From NCBI GenBank assembly GCA_965198005.1, contig CBDAOI010000003.1, forward strand, positions 896,001 to 960,000: DNA of 64,000 bases. The letters are read 5' to 3'. The position numbers and the translations under genes were made by a program. Positions 31,534 to 41,601 of this stretch are shown here, one piece after another. A model generated the notes under the pieces. It searched no databases and was not told where the DNA came from. It was given only the letters and a program-made list of their open reading frames with translations. The stretch's first letter is position 1; each line of letters begins with the position of its first letter. Origin of the DNA: Spirochaetia bacterium. GTDB lineage: Bacteria; Spirochaetota; Spirochaetia; SZUA-6; Bin103.

Positions 31534-32493
31534 ATGAGAGCCTATATCATCAGGCGGTTATTGCTCATCATCCCCACGCTGTTCATTTTGACGATCCTGG
31601 TCTTTCTCTCGGTGCGCTTCATCCCCGGCGATATCATAGACGTAATGCAAATTAGGATGGCATCCCAAACAATGGCGGTGCTTGACCGTGCAGCCGTTGA
31701 GCGCCGGCTGGGATTAGACGTGCCCGTCCACGTGCAGTATGTACGCTGGATAGGAGGCATTTTTCTGCGCGGTACCCTTGGTGAATCACTGATGGGCCGT
31801 GGGGCGGTGGAGGAGAAGATAATAGATAGACTGCCGGTAACCATTGAGCTTGGTTTGATGGCAATCCTCATCGGCCTGGTGATCGCGCTGCCGGTGGGCA
31901 TCTACTCGGCGATTCGCCAGGATACCGCCGCCGACTTCCTGGGGCGCTCGGTCGCCATCATCGGCCTGGCAACGCCGAACTTCTGGCTGGGAATAATGGT
32001 AATGATCTACCCGGCGATCTGGTGGGGCTGGGCGCCGCCGCTGGAGCTGGTTTTCTTCACCGAAGACCCGCTGGGGAATCTCGCGGTGTTCCTCATTCCC
32101 AGCCTGATTCTGGGAACGGCCTCGGCGGCCGCGACCATGCGGATGACCCGCACCATGATGTTGGAGGTGCTCCGGCAGGACTATATCCGGACGGCCTGGT
32201 CCAAGGGGTTGAAGGAGCGGGCCGTGGTGGTCCGACACGCCGTCAAGAACGCCCTCATCCCGGTGGTGTCCCTGATCGGCCTGCAGTTGCCGATCCTGGT
32301 CGGGGGCGCCGTGATCATGGAGAACATCTTCAACCTGCCGGGGCTCGGGCGCCTCCTGCTGAATGCCCTCAACGACAGAGACTACCCGATGGTCTCCGGA
32401 ATCAACCTGTTCTTCGCCACTGGGGTCGTGGTAATCAATCTGCTCATCGACCTGATCTACGCGGTCCTGGACCCCAGGGTCCGCTATGACTGA
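31534..32493 (+). CDS. dppB: ABC permease, DppB type
   Basis: Close paralog of 1866-2861. Confidence 0.92.
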   Translation: MRAYIIRRLLLIIPTLFILTILVFLSVRFIPGDIIDVMQIRMASQTMAVLDRAAVERRLGLDVPVHVQYVRWIGGIFLRGTLGESLMGRGAVEEKIIDRLPVTIELGLMAILIGLVIALPVGIYSAIRQDTAADFLGRSVAIIGLATPNFWLGIMVMIYPAIWWGWAPPLELVFFTEDPLGNLAVFLIPSLILGTASAAATMRMTRTMMLEVLRQDYIRTAWSKGLKERAVVVRHAVKNALIPVVSLIGLQLPILVGGAVIMENIFNLPGLGRLLLNALNDRDYPMVSGINLFFATGVVVINLLIDLIYAVLDPRVRYD

Positions 32494-33360
32494 TTTCTTT
32501 CGCAGGCTGATCAAGGAGAAGCCGCTGAGCATCATCGCCGGGGTGGTCATCCTGCTGTTGATGCTCGTGGCGATCTTTGCCGATGTTCTGGCGTCCTTTC
32601 CGCATGATGAAGTCAACATCGTAGACCGGATGCAGGCCCCCTCGGGCCGGTATCTGTTGGGGACCGACCAGTTGGGGCGCGACCTGCTGAGCCGCCTTAT
32701 CTTCGGCGCTCAGATCTCTCTGACCGTCGGTCTGGCGGCGACCGCTGTCAATGTCGTGGTGGCGGTGCTGATCGGCGGACCTTCAGGATTCTTTGGCGGT
32801 AGATTGGACCTGGCGGCGCAGAGATTTGTCGACGCCTGGATGGCGTTTCCAGGCCTGCTGCTGTTGCTCACCATCATGTCCCTCTGGGGCGGGGTTTGCC
32901 GCAGATCATCGTGGTGTTGGGGGTAACGGGCGGCATCGGCGGCTCGCGCGTAATCCGCGGCGCGGTTATTGGGGTAAAGGAGAACGTCTATTTTCAGGCG
33001 GCAGAGGCGATCGGCAGCACCAGGTGGAGAACCCTCATCCGCCACGTCCTGCCCAATATCGGCGCTCCGATCATCATCGTGTTCACCATCAACGTCGGGG
33101 CAGTGATCATCAGCGAGGCAGCGTTGAGCTTTTTGGGATTCGGTCTACCGATCTCGGTTCCCAGCTGGGGAGGGATGCTGAGCCGGGAAGGGCGTGAGTT
33201 CATGGAGGTGGCGCCACGGCTGGCGCTCTGGCCGGGGCTGTGCCTGACGATCGTTGTTTACTGTCTGAACATGTTCGGCGACGCGGTGCGGGATCTGCTC
33301 GACCCGCGGCTGCGTGGTAGCGGCGGGCGCCTGGGTGCCGCTGCCGCGAGGGCCGTCTAA
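32486..33360 (+). pseudogene. dppC: ABC permease, DppC type, with 1-nt frameshift near 32885
   Basis: ORFs 32486-32926 and 32896-33360 together align to 2875-3846. Confidence 0.85.
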
Positions 33361-33596
33361 GCGAGGCCACGAGTGCCACCGACCGCGATGAGCAGACGCG
33401 CATACTCAGGGAGATGTGGCTCCGCTGGGCGAGACTGTACCCCAGGGTGCCTACCGTTATACCCCCACTCCTTGCCGTCTGGCACCCGTATGTCAAAGGC
33501 TTCAGCGGTGAAATGGTCGCGTCAATTCACAATGACGCGCCGATATGGGCCAGGGTCTGGATTGACCAGGACAAGAAGAGAGAAATGGGGTACTAG
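33361..33596 (+). pseudogene. SBP C-terminal fragment
   Basis: PYVKGFSGE...WARVWIDQDKKREMGY; begins right after the dppC stop. Confidence 0.8.
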
Positions 33597-33619
33597 GCTC
33601 ATTTCTGTGTGACCCTTCT

Positions 33620-33660
33620 GAAAAGGGAGTTGGGGTGCCCAGCGTGCCAACTCCCTTTTC
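33620..33660 (+). terminator. Hairpin after SBP fragment
   Basis: GAAAAGGGAGTTGG / CCAACTCCCTTTTC 14-bp stem. Confidence 0.6.
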
Positions 33661-33720
33661 TATTCACCGAGCCACCCCACGACGCGATAATGCCAAGAGA
33701 AGGCCGCTTCCCCAGATAAA

Positions 33721-34998
33721 ATGCGTGGCTACATAATCAGGCGATTGTTGCTCATCATACCCACGCTGTGGGTATTGGCGAGCATCGTCTTTTTGACGCT
33801 ACGTTTCATCCCGGGTGATGCAGTAGACGTCATGGCAAGCATGCAAGAACAGCGCGGCTCTCTGGACCGTGAAGCAATTGCGCGCATCATGGGACTGGAC
33901 GTACCGACGCACGTGCAGTACGTACGCTGGATGGGAGGCCTTGCACGCGGTGATCTCGGTAAGTCATTGTTTGGCTTTACACCGGTGATCGATCTGATGC
34001 GCCCCAGACTGGCGGTCACCTTCGAGCTTGGCCTCATGGCTCTCTTGATTTCGCTGGCAGTAGCCCTACCCATTGGGATTTCCTCGGCCGTACGGCAGGA
34101 TAGCTTGGGCGACTATGCAGAGCGTAGCTTGGCGATCGTCTTCATTTCAGTTCCCACGTTCTGGATGGCAACCGTAGTGTTGCTCTATCCGTCGGTGTGG
34201 TGGGGGTGGTCTCCACAGGTAAGACTCATCCGTTTTGCTGAAGACCCGTGGGGAAACGTGGTGCAGTTCCTCATTCCCGCTTCTGTTCTGGGCATGGTTA
34301 CCAGTGGAACCATCATGCGGATGACGCGCACCATGATGCTGGAGGTACTGCGGCAAGACTACATCAGGACTGCCTGGTCCAAGGGACTGAGGGAGAGGTC
34401 CGTGATCATAGGACACGCTCTGAAAAATGCCTTTATCCCGGTAATCACGATGGTAGGCCTGGAGGTGCCCCTTCTGGTGGGCGGCTCGGTGATCATAGAG
34501 CGGATATTCAACCTCCCCGGGATGGGGAATTTGCTGCTGCAAGCGCTCAGTACCAGAGACTATCCTGTGGTCTCTGCAGTAAACCTTGTTTTCGCCACCG
34601 CAGTCATGGCAATTGCCGTATTCTCCGGGGTGCTGCCGAGACCTGCGGCGTTGGACACGGGCGAGGGGGTGCTGCCTGTATGCGTCAAGGCGGGCACGGC
34701 GGTCCTCTTCGACCGCAGGATCTGGCACCGGCGCGGCGTCAACACCTCGGACGTGAGTCGTCGCGCCATCATGTTTGGCTACAGCTATCGCTGGCTGCGC
34801 GGGCTCGACTATAACTCGGTGCCTGCGGAGGTGCTCGCCAAGTGTGACCCCATTCGCCGCCAGCTGCTGGGCGATGGCGTCAACTACAAGGGATGGTGGC
34901 AGCCGACGGAAGCCGACGTGCCGCTAAAGGGGTGGCTGCGCGATCATCGGGGCGAGGAACACCCAGAGTACAGCCAGCGCGACGACGAGCTCGCCTGA
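33721..34998 (+). CDS. Chimera: DppB permease lacking its C-terminus, fused in frame to a phytanoyl-CoA dioxygenase (PhyH) C-terminal fragment
   Basis: DppB up to FATAVMAI (~34615), then KAGTAVLFDRRIWH...RRAIMFGYSYRW. Confidence 0.75.
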   Translation: MRGYIIRRLLLIIPTLWVLASIVFLTLRFIPGDAVDVMASMQEQRGSLDREAIARIMGLDVPTHVQYVRWMGGLARGDLGKSLFGFTPVIDLMRPRLAVTFELGLMALLISLAVALPIGISSAVRQDSLGDYAERSLAIVFISVPTFWMATVVLLYPSVWWGWSPQVRLIRFAEDPWGNVVQFLIPASVLGMVTSGTIMRMTRTMMLEVLRQDYIRTAWSKGLRERSVIIGHALKNAFIPVITMVGLEVPLLVGGSVIIERIFNLPGMGNLLLQALSTRDYPVVSAVNLVFATAVMAIAVFSGVLPRPAALDTGEGVLPVCVKAGTAVLFDRRIWHRRGVNTSDVSRRAIMFGYSYRWLRGLDYNSVPAEVLAKCDPIRRQLLGDGVNYKGWWQPTEADVPLKGWLRDHRGEEHPEYSQRDDELA

Positions 34999-35027
34999 CT
35001 CCATGCCGCGGAACGGCACTTTATCCA

Positions 35028-35444
35028 TCACTCTTTCAGGCGATCCTGGAGCGGCTCGGGCTCATCGTCGGAGGGCCCCGCATTCTCAGGGACGTCGAGG
35101 TCAGCGAGGGGCACGCCCAGGGCGCGAGCTACGGCGAGCATGCGGCCGTCGTAGCTGGCAAGCGACGCCAGATGCAGCGCATCCAGCGTCCTCGCGGACA
35201 CTGGAAAGGCGTCCAGGGCGCGCGCGAGCACCGTCGGAGACAGCTCCAGCAGCGCGACACGCCCGACGAGTTCGCGAGCCGCCTCTCCGTGCGAGTGGGC
35301 GAGGCCGCGCGCGTGCAGCCGGGTCCAGATCTCATACACCAGCAACCGGCTCGCCACCAGGGTCTCACTCCAAAGCGAGGCCGGCGGGCGGCGATCCTCG
35401 GCCAACAGATGCGCGAGCGCTACGGACGTATCGAGGTAGATCAA
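35028..35444 (-). CDS. vapC: PIN-domain (VapC) toxin, possibly with a small internal deletion
   Basis: IYLDTS, RTLDALHLAS, SYD. Confidence 0.82.
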   Translation of the reverse strand: MIYLDTSVALAHLLAEDRRPPASLWSETLVASRLLVYEIWTRLHARGLAHSHGEAARELVGRVALLELSPTVLARALDAFPVSARTLDALHLASLASYDGRMLAVARALGVPLADLDVPENAGPSDDEPEPLQDRLKE

Positions 35445-35734
35445 CGTGCGCTTCTATCCTCCCCCAGTTCCGCGAGCAGCTCGTGCAACGGTGCGACGGC
35501 TGGGGGTGTCGGAGGCGGGGCGGACGAGGTCAGGACTGGTGGTGTGAGCCAGCCATTCCGCACTGCATCGGCCAGCACCGCATCGGCCAGCAACGGACTC
35601 CTCGTCGCGTGCGGGGGACCGAGCTCGGCCACTATCCGGTCACGGTCCGTGATCAGAACGGTTTCGCCTGACGCCGCCACCCGCACGTACTCGCTGAGCC
35701 TGCTGTTCAGGATCTTTATGCCGACCGATCGCAT
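35441..35734 (-). CDS. Phd/YefM antitoxin
   Basis: VGIKILNSRLSEYVR...GETVLITDR; 4-nt overlap with the toxin. Confidence 0.82.
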   Translation of the reverse strand: MRSVGIKILNSRLSEYVRVAASGETVLITDRDRIVAELGPPHATRSPLLADAVLADAVRNGWLTPPVLTSSAPPPTPPAVAPLHELLAELGEDRSAR

Positions 35735-35743
35735 GGGACGTAG

Positions 35744-35763
35744 GGTAGCTCCTAGTAGCTACC
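35744..35763. promoter_or_regulatory. Putative TA autoregulatory operator
   Basis: GGTAGCT-N6-AGCTACC, about 10 bp upstream of the antitoxin start. Confidence 0.5.
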
Positions 35764-35858
35764 TCGTCAAGGTGTTTCGGCGTATTCCTGAGTCGCAACA
35801 TCTACGCCGTGCGCCGGTCGCTGCTGGCGCTGGTCCTGGTCAGCGGTCAGGTGCGCGC

Positions 35859-38078
35859 TCAGCGGGTCGCGGTGACCAGCAGGCTGGCGGCGGTCCAGGG
35901 CAGGGTGGTGCCGAGCCGGCGCTCGAGTTGCCGGCGCAGGACGGCGATGGCGTCCTCGGCCACGCCGGCGGCGCGCAGCAGGTCGGCGTAGGAGGCGCGC
36001 TCCCGGTCAGGGCCGGCGCCGGCGGCGTTGGTGGCCGGGGGCGGCGGGAACCAGCGTTCGATCAGGGGGCGCGTGATCGCGAGTTGCCCCGGCTGCTCGG
36101 TGACCTCGGTCGCCAGGTCCGTGACGCATGCGGCGAGGGCGGCGCGCGCGGCGTCGCCGGTCAGCGGTTCGCGGCCGCGGTAGTGCTCCTCCTCGGCGGC
36201 GGCTACGGCCGCGCGCGTGGCCGCGTCCAGCGGCGCGAGGTCGAGCAGCCGGTGCAGGCGCGGCGTCCGTTCGGGCAGCGCCTCGGCCAGCACCAGGCGG
36301 CCGCCGGCCGCCAGCCGCGCGGCGCCCGCCCGCGCCAGGGCCGCTCCCCCGGCGGCGCGCAGCACGTTGCGGCCCACTACCGCGTCGAAGCGCACGGCGG
36401 CGTCGACCGCCGCGGGGTCCCGCACCAGGGTCGGCCGTAGCGGCGCGGGTAGGGTCGCCAACTGCGCCTGCATGCCGGCAGCCGCCCCGGCCGCCACTAT
36501 TGCGAACACCCCGCCCTCCGGGCAGCGGCGCAGCAGCTCGAAGGTCACCAGCCCGCTGCCGAGGGCGAGGTCGAGCACCACGCTGTGGCGCTGCAGCCGG
36601 GCCGCGGCCACCACCCGGTCGCGCTCCGCCGCCAGCCGCACGGCCGCGTCCGACAGCGAGCGCTCCAGCCAGTGGTCCAGCTCGCGTTGCAGCCGCGTGC
36701 CGGCGCTGGTCAGGATCGGGTCGCCGGCGGCGTCGCCTGCGCGTTCCAGGGCGGCGGCCAGATTGGCCTCGCGCCGCCGCGCCACGTCGGTGCGCAGGGT
36801 CGCCTCGTGGCCCGAATCGGTGGGCTCGTAGAAGACGCGGCCCTGCAGCTCGCGCGGCAGGTATTGCTGCGCCACCCAATGGTCGGTGTAGGCGTGCGGG
36901 TAGAGGTAGCCGGCGCCGTGTCCGAACCCCTCGGCGTCGCGACTGGCGTCGCGTAGCGGCCCGGGGACATCCCCGTCGCGTTCCTCCGCGACCGCGCGCA
37001 GGGCATCGAAGAACCCGAGCGTGCTGTTGCTCTTGGGCGCGGTGGCGAGGTACAACGCGGCCTCGGCCAGATGGAACCGGCCCTCCGGCAGCCCCACGTA
37101 GTCGAACGCCGCGGCGCAGGCTGCGGCCACCTGGATCGCCGCGGGGTCGGCCAGCCCCACGTCCTCCGCCGCCAGCACCAGCATGCGCCGGAACAGGTAG
37201 CGCGGATCCTCCCCGGCATGGACCATGCGCGCCAGCCAGTAGAGCGCGGCGTCGGGATCGGAGCCGCGCACGCTCTTGATGAACGCGCTGATCGTGTCGT
37301 AGTGGGCATCGCCCTCCTTGTCGTACAGCACTGCGCGGCGCTGAATCGACTCCTCCGCCACCGCCCGGTCGACCCGGATCACGCCGTCGGCGCCGGGCGG
37401 GGTGGTGGTGACGGCCAGCTCCAGGGCATTCAGCAGGCTGCGGGCGTCGCCGTTGCAGACGTTCAGCAGGTGGTCGAGCGCCGCCGGCGCCAACTCGGTG
37501 CGGTAGGCGCCGAGCCCCCGGTCCGGATCGGCGAGCGCCGCCCGCGCCACGCGCGCCAGATCATCCCGGCTCAGGGCCTGGAGCTGGAAAATGCGGCTGC
37601 GGCTGACCAGGGGCTTGATCACCTCGAAGTAGGGGTTCTCGGTGGTGGCGCCGATCAGCACGATCGTGCCGTTCTCGACCGACGGCAGCAGCGCGTCCTG
37701 CTGCGCCTTGTTCCAGCGGTGCACCTCGTCCACGAACAGCAGCGTGCGCCGGCCATGCAGGTCGCGCGCCTCACGCGCCGCGGTAATTGCCTCGCGTAGC
37801 TGCTTGACCCCGGCCAGCACGGCGTTCAAGGCGGTGAACCGGGCGCGGGTGGTGCCGGCGATGACCCGCGCCAGGGTGGTCTTGCCGGTACCGGGCGGTC
37901 CGTAGAAGATGATCGAGGAGATCCGGTCAGCCTGGATCGCACGCCGCAACAGGCGTCCGGGGCCGACGATGTGGTCCTGCCCCACGAACTCGTCGAGCGT
38001 CCGCGGGCGCATCCTGGCGGCCAGCGGCGCGTGGCGGTCGCGTTCGGCCGTCCCCTGCGCTTCAAACAGGTCGCTCAC
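35859..38078 (-). CDS. rarA: Replication-associated recombination protein RarA/MgsA with C-terminal methyltransferase-like extension
   Basis: PLAARMRP, GPPGTGKT, GATTENP, SAFIKSVRGSD, YLYPH; tail VLDLALGSG. Confidence 0.92.
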   Translation of the reverse strand: MSDLFEAQGTAERDRHAPLAARMRPRTLDEFVGQDHIVGPGRLLRRAIQADRISSIIFYGPPGTGKTTLARVIAGTTRARFTALNAVLAGVKQLREAITAAREARDLHGRRTLLFVDEVHRWNKAQQDALLPSVENGTIVLIGATTENPYFEVIKPLVSRSRIFQLQALSRDDLARVARAALADPDRGLGAYRTELAPAALDHLLNVCNGDARSLLNALELAVTTTPPGADGVIRVDRAVAEESIQRRAVLYDKEGDAHYDTISAFIKSVRGSDPDAALYWLARMVHAGEDPRYLFRRMLVLAAEDVGLADPAAIQVAAACAAAFDYVGLPEGRFHLAEAALYLATAPKSNSTLGFFDALRAVAEERDGDVPGPLRDASRDAEGFGHGAGYLYPHAYTDHWVAQQYLPRELQGRVFYEPTDSGHEATLRTDVARRREANLAAALERAGDAAGDPILTSAGTRLQRELDHWLERSLSDAAVRLAAERDRVVAAARLQRHSVVLDLALGSGLVTFELLRRCPEGGVFAIVAAGAAAGMQAQLATLPAPLRPTLVRDPAAVDAAVRFDAVVGRNVLRAAGGAALARAGAARLAAGGRLVLAEALPERTPRLHRLLDLAPLDAATRAAVAAAEEEHYRGREPLTGDAARAALAACVTDLATEVTEQPGQLAITRPLIERWFPPPPATNAAGAGPDRERASYADLLRAAGVAEDAIAVLRRQLERRLGTTLPWTAASLLVTATR

Positions 38079-38389
38079 ACCGGCGCTGCCCCCGCTGGCG
38101 CGCCTGCAGTCGATAACTCGCCGTCGCCGGACACCGCTTCCCCCCGGATCACCACATGGTCCCGTCGGGGGCGAGGCCGAGCAGGAACCGGCCGGCGGTT
38201 TCGTAGTGTTCCATTCTGCAGATCCCGCGCGCGGCCCAGGCGCGGTTGCGCGGCAGCGGGATCGAATCGAATATCATGGCTGGACAGCGTATGCGCACAC
38301 CGCCGACCCGCACAAGCTGAACCGGCGCGTTGCTTCGACCTTCCCACGACTTACCGCACTCTGCCCTGGTGGGCTATGATCGCAGCAGG

Positions 38390-40249
38390 ATGATTCGTCG
38401 TTTCACGATCAGGGGCTTCAAGCGATTCGACCGCGAGACAAAGATCGATTTCGACGCGGTGACCGTACTGGTCGGGGCCAACAACAGCGGCAAGTCGACC
38501 ATCCTCGAAGCCTTGACGCTGTTTCAGTACTGCATTGAGACGACCCGTCGGGCCAACGGCAAGGACCCCGGCAAGAAGCAACTCGGCCTGTTGCGCCGCT
38601 CGGTGGGCCCCGACGAATTCGGCGTCCTTCCCGTAGCGAAGCCGACCGATTTGTGGCCCCATGGACAAACGACAATCGGGAAGAAAATGCAGACTATCGA
38701 GCTGCACGGCACGTACGACAATGGCGCCGAGATCGGCTTCACGTTGAGATTGAGCTACAACAGGTTCAGCATTACACCAAAGTCGACGGGAGACGTAACG
38801 GCAGCCATCAGCCAGCAGGACATCCGACTCATACCGGTGTTTTCCGGCTTTCTGCCACGCGAGGAGTATCTCACACCACCCGCGCGTCAGGAACGACTGC
38901 GGCTGCAACGGCACGGCGAGACCGTGCGCAACCTCCTGTGGGACCTGCGGGAACATCACGAGTCGCGCTGGAACAAGCTCGTGGACGTGCTCCGTGATCT
39001 GTTTCCGGAGAGCGTCTTGCGGATCAAGTTCGACGTGGACCTCGACCAGTTCCTCAACGCAACGTATCGGGACCAAGTGCTTACCCGCGAACTGGACGTG
39101 ATGGTGACCGGTTCGGGATTTCATCAGGCGCTGCAGATTCTGGTATCCGTGCTCACGCCCGGCGCCCGTACTCTGCTCCTCGACGAACCGGATGCTCATC
39201 TCCATGCCCGGCTGCAGACGCAGCTCATGGCAGTCCTGGAACGGCTCGCCGAGCAGGAGCATGCGCAATTCATCCTTGCGACTCACTCACCGCAGCTTCT
39301 CAGCGTCGCTCCCAGCGGCTCGATCAGAGTCTGTATGGACGGCACGGTCGTACCCTTCGACGTTGGGCCGGCACAGCTCGAGATGCTCGAGGATCTCGGA
39401 GCCATGGACCGCATGGAGATCGTCCCGCTCCTCACCAATCGCGCGATCGTATTCGTCGAGAACAGGAGCGATCAGAAGTTGCTCGAACGGTTTGCGCGCA
39501 AGCATTGGGGTGAGAAGAGACAGCAGGAAGTGTGGCGCGGGCTGACCTTCATGTATACGTACCAAGGACCGGTGGAAGCTCGGGTGCTCGATCTTGCCCG
39601 GCAGGTGAAGGACCTCTTGAACAGTCCCGGTGTTGCGTTGCCCCGACCCGTTCGCATGCTTGCAATCGGCGACCGTGACTACCGTACCGACCAAGTACGC
39701 CGCCGTGAGTTGCGCGCCCATACCGCCCGGGCCGGCTCCCCGGCCTACCAGCTCGATCTCACCCTGCGGTTGTGGGAGGCCAACGAGATCGAGAATTATC
39801 TCCTCGACTGGGCAGCGTTGCGTGCCGCTCTCGGTCGCCAAGCGGATGCGCTGGGCTGCGCGCAGGACTGGAGCCGGCACGAGGACGCGTTTTTCGAGGG
39901 ACTGGATTCCCTGTTGGATGGACAGCGGGAAGCGGTGCGGCAGTCCCTGGCGACACGCATTCAGAACGAGGATCGGAGACTTGCGTTGAGTACCGCCCTC
40001 GAACGCGCGGACGAGTTCCTGACGCAGGCATGGGAGGATCCCACCCGGTGGTGCGATGCAAAACAGGTGCTCGGCCAGCTTCGGGCCTGGCTTCAAGATC
40101 GGGGACTGCCCCTGAGGATCGCCGACGAGGGTATTATCGAGGCCATGGAAACGGTCCCTGCCGACGTGCGGAAGGTCCTGCGAGAATTGCAGCGGATCGC
40201 CAGTCCGCGCCCCGCCCGGCGAGCAGCACGTTCCAGGAAGGCGGTATAG
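38390..40249 (+). CDS. ABC-type ATPase fused to TOPRIM nuclease (OLD/PARIS-like)
   Basis: GANNSGKS, GSG signature, LLLDEPDAHLH, ATHSP; FVE..SD, DRD, EIENY. Confidence 0.8.
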   Translation: MIRRFTIRGFKRFDRETKIDFDAVTVLVGANNSGKSTILEALTLFQYCIETTRRANGKDPGKKQLGLLRRSVGPDEFGVLPVAKPTDLWPHGQTTIGKKMQTIELHGTYDNGAEIGFTLRLSYNRFSITPKSTGDVTAAISQQDIRLIPVFSGFLPREEYLTPPARQERLRLQRHGETVRNLLWDLREHHESRWNKLVDVLRDLFPESVLRIKFDVDLDQFLNATYRDQVLTRELDVMVTGSGFHQALQILVSVLTPGARTLLLDEPDAHLHARLQTQLMAVLERLAEQEHAQFILATHSPQLLSVAPSGSIRVCMDGTVVPFDVGPAQLEMLEDLGAMDRMEIVPLLTNRAIVFVENRSDQKLLERFARKHWGEKRQQEVWRGLTFMYTYQGPVEARVLDLARQVKDLLNSPGVALPRPVRMLAIGDRDYRTDQVRRRELRAHTARAGSPAYQLDLTLRLWEANEIENYLLDWAALRAALGRQADALGCAQDWSRHEDAFFEGLDSLLDGQREAVRQSLATRIQNEDRRLALSTALERADEFLTQAWEDPTRWCDAKQVLGQLRAWLQDRGLPLRIADEGIIEAMETVPADVRKVLRELQRIASPRPARRAARSRKAV

Positions 40250-40251
40250 AG

Positions 40252-41583
40252 ATGGAAGAGTCCAACCGGCTGGCGTTGCGGACCAAGCTGGGGTACGGCG
40301 TCGGCGACCTCGGCGGCAACCTGTTCTTTACGATCATGGGGTTCTGGCTGCTCAACTTCGTGACCGACACGCTGGGGCTGGCGGCCTCGCTGGCCGGGCT
40401 GGCGCTGCTGGTCGGCCGGGTGTGGGACGCGGTGACCGATCCGCTGATAGGCTCGCTCTCCGACCGCACCGTGTCGCGCTGGGGGCGCCGCCGCCCCTAC
40501 CTGCTGTTCGGGGCGGCCGCGGTGGTGGGCGGCATGACCCTGGTGTTCCTGGACGTGGGCGGGCGCGGCTGGAGCGACGCGGCCCTGTTCGCCTGGGTGG
40601 TGTTCGCCTTCTGCGTGGTCAACACCGCCTACACCGTGGTGTACGTGCCGTACGGGGCGCTGACGCCGGAGCTGGCGCGCGGGTTTCAGGAGCGCACCAA
40701 CCTCACCGGCTACCGCATGGCCTGGGCGATCGTCGGCACCCTGCTCGGCGCCGGGGCGTTCACGCTGGTGGCCGATGCGGCCGGGTACGCGGCCGCGGGC
40801 GCGGCGTTCGGGCTGCTCACGGCGGCGGTGGTGCTGATCACCTTCGCGTCGGTGCGCGAGCGGCCGGTGGCGCCGCAGCGGGTGCCGGTGGGCAACCTGT
40901 TCGCGAGCTACGCGGCGGCGCTGCGGGTGCGGCCGTTCCTGCTGGCGCTGGTGCCGTGGACGCTGTTCATGACCGGCATCGTGATCGCCACCAGCGCGGT
41001 GCCGTTCTACTTCGAGCACCTCTACGGGCGTCCGGAGCTGGCCCGGTTCGCGTCGCTGGTGCTGCTGCTGGCCGCGTTTGCCGCGATCCCGGTGTGGGTG
41101 CGGCTGTCGCGGCGGCTCGGCAAGCGCACCGCCTACAACGCCGGCATGGTGCTGTTCGGCGGCGCCCTGCTGGCGGCGTACCTGGTCGCCCACCGCGACG
41201 TGACCGCGCTGTTCGTGGTGATGGCGGTGGCGGGGGTGGGGCTGGCCACCAACTACGTCATGCCCTGGTCGATCATCCCCGACGTGGTGGACTACGACGA
41301 GTTGCACCACGGCCAGCGGCGCGAGGGGGTGTTCTACGGCATGTGGACCTTCCTGCAGAAGCTGGGGCTGGGGCTGGCCGGCGCCGTCAGCGGCGCGGTG
41401 CTGCAGTGGACCGGCTACGTGCCCGACGTGGCGCAGACGCCGCTGGCGCTGCACGGTATCCGGCTGTTGATCGGGCCGATCCCCGTCCTGTTCCTGCTGG
41501 CCGGGATTCTGGTGCTGCACCGCTACCCGATCGACCGCGCCACCCATCGCGCGATCGCGGCCAAGTTGGAAGCGGCCTCGTAA
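40252..41583 (+). CDS. MFS GPH-family sugar:cation symporter
   Basis: KLGYGVGD, WDAVTDP..G..SDRT.SRWGRRRP, RREG.FYG. Confidence 0.9.
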   Translation: MEESNRLALRTKLGYGVGDLGGNLFFTIMGFWLLNFVTDTLGLAASLAGLALLVGRVWDAVTDPLIGSLSDRTVSRWGRRRPYLLFGAAAVVGGMTLVFLDVGGRGWSDAALFAWVVFAFCVVNTAYTVVYVPYGALTPELARGFQERTNLTGYRMAWAIVGTLLGAGAFTLVADAAGYAAAGAAFGLLTAAVVLITFASVRERPVAPQRVPVGNLFASYAAALRVRPFLLALVPWTLFMTGIVIATSAVPFYFEHLYGRPELARFASLVLLLAAFAAIPVWVRLSRRLGKRTAYNAGMVLFGGALLAAYLVAHRDVTALFVVMAVAGVGLATNYVMPWSIIPDVVDYDELHHGQRREGVFYGMWTFLQKLGLGLAGAVSGAVLQWTGYVPDVAQTPLALHGIRLLIGPIPVLFLLAGILVLHRYPIDRATHRAIAAKLEAAS

Positions 41584-41601
41584 CGTGGTACCCTAACCGC
41601 C

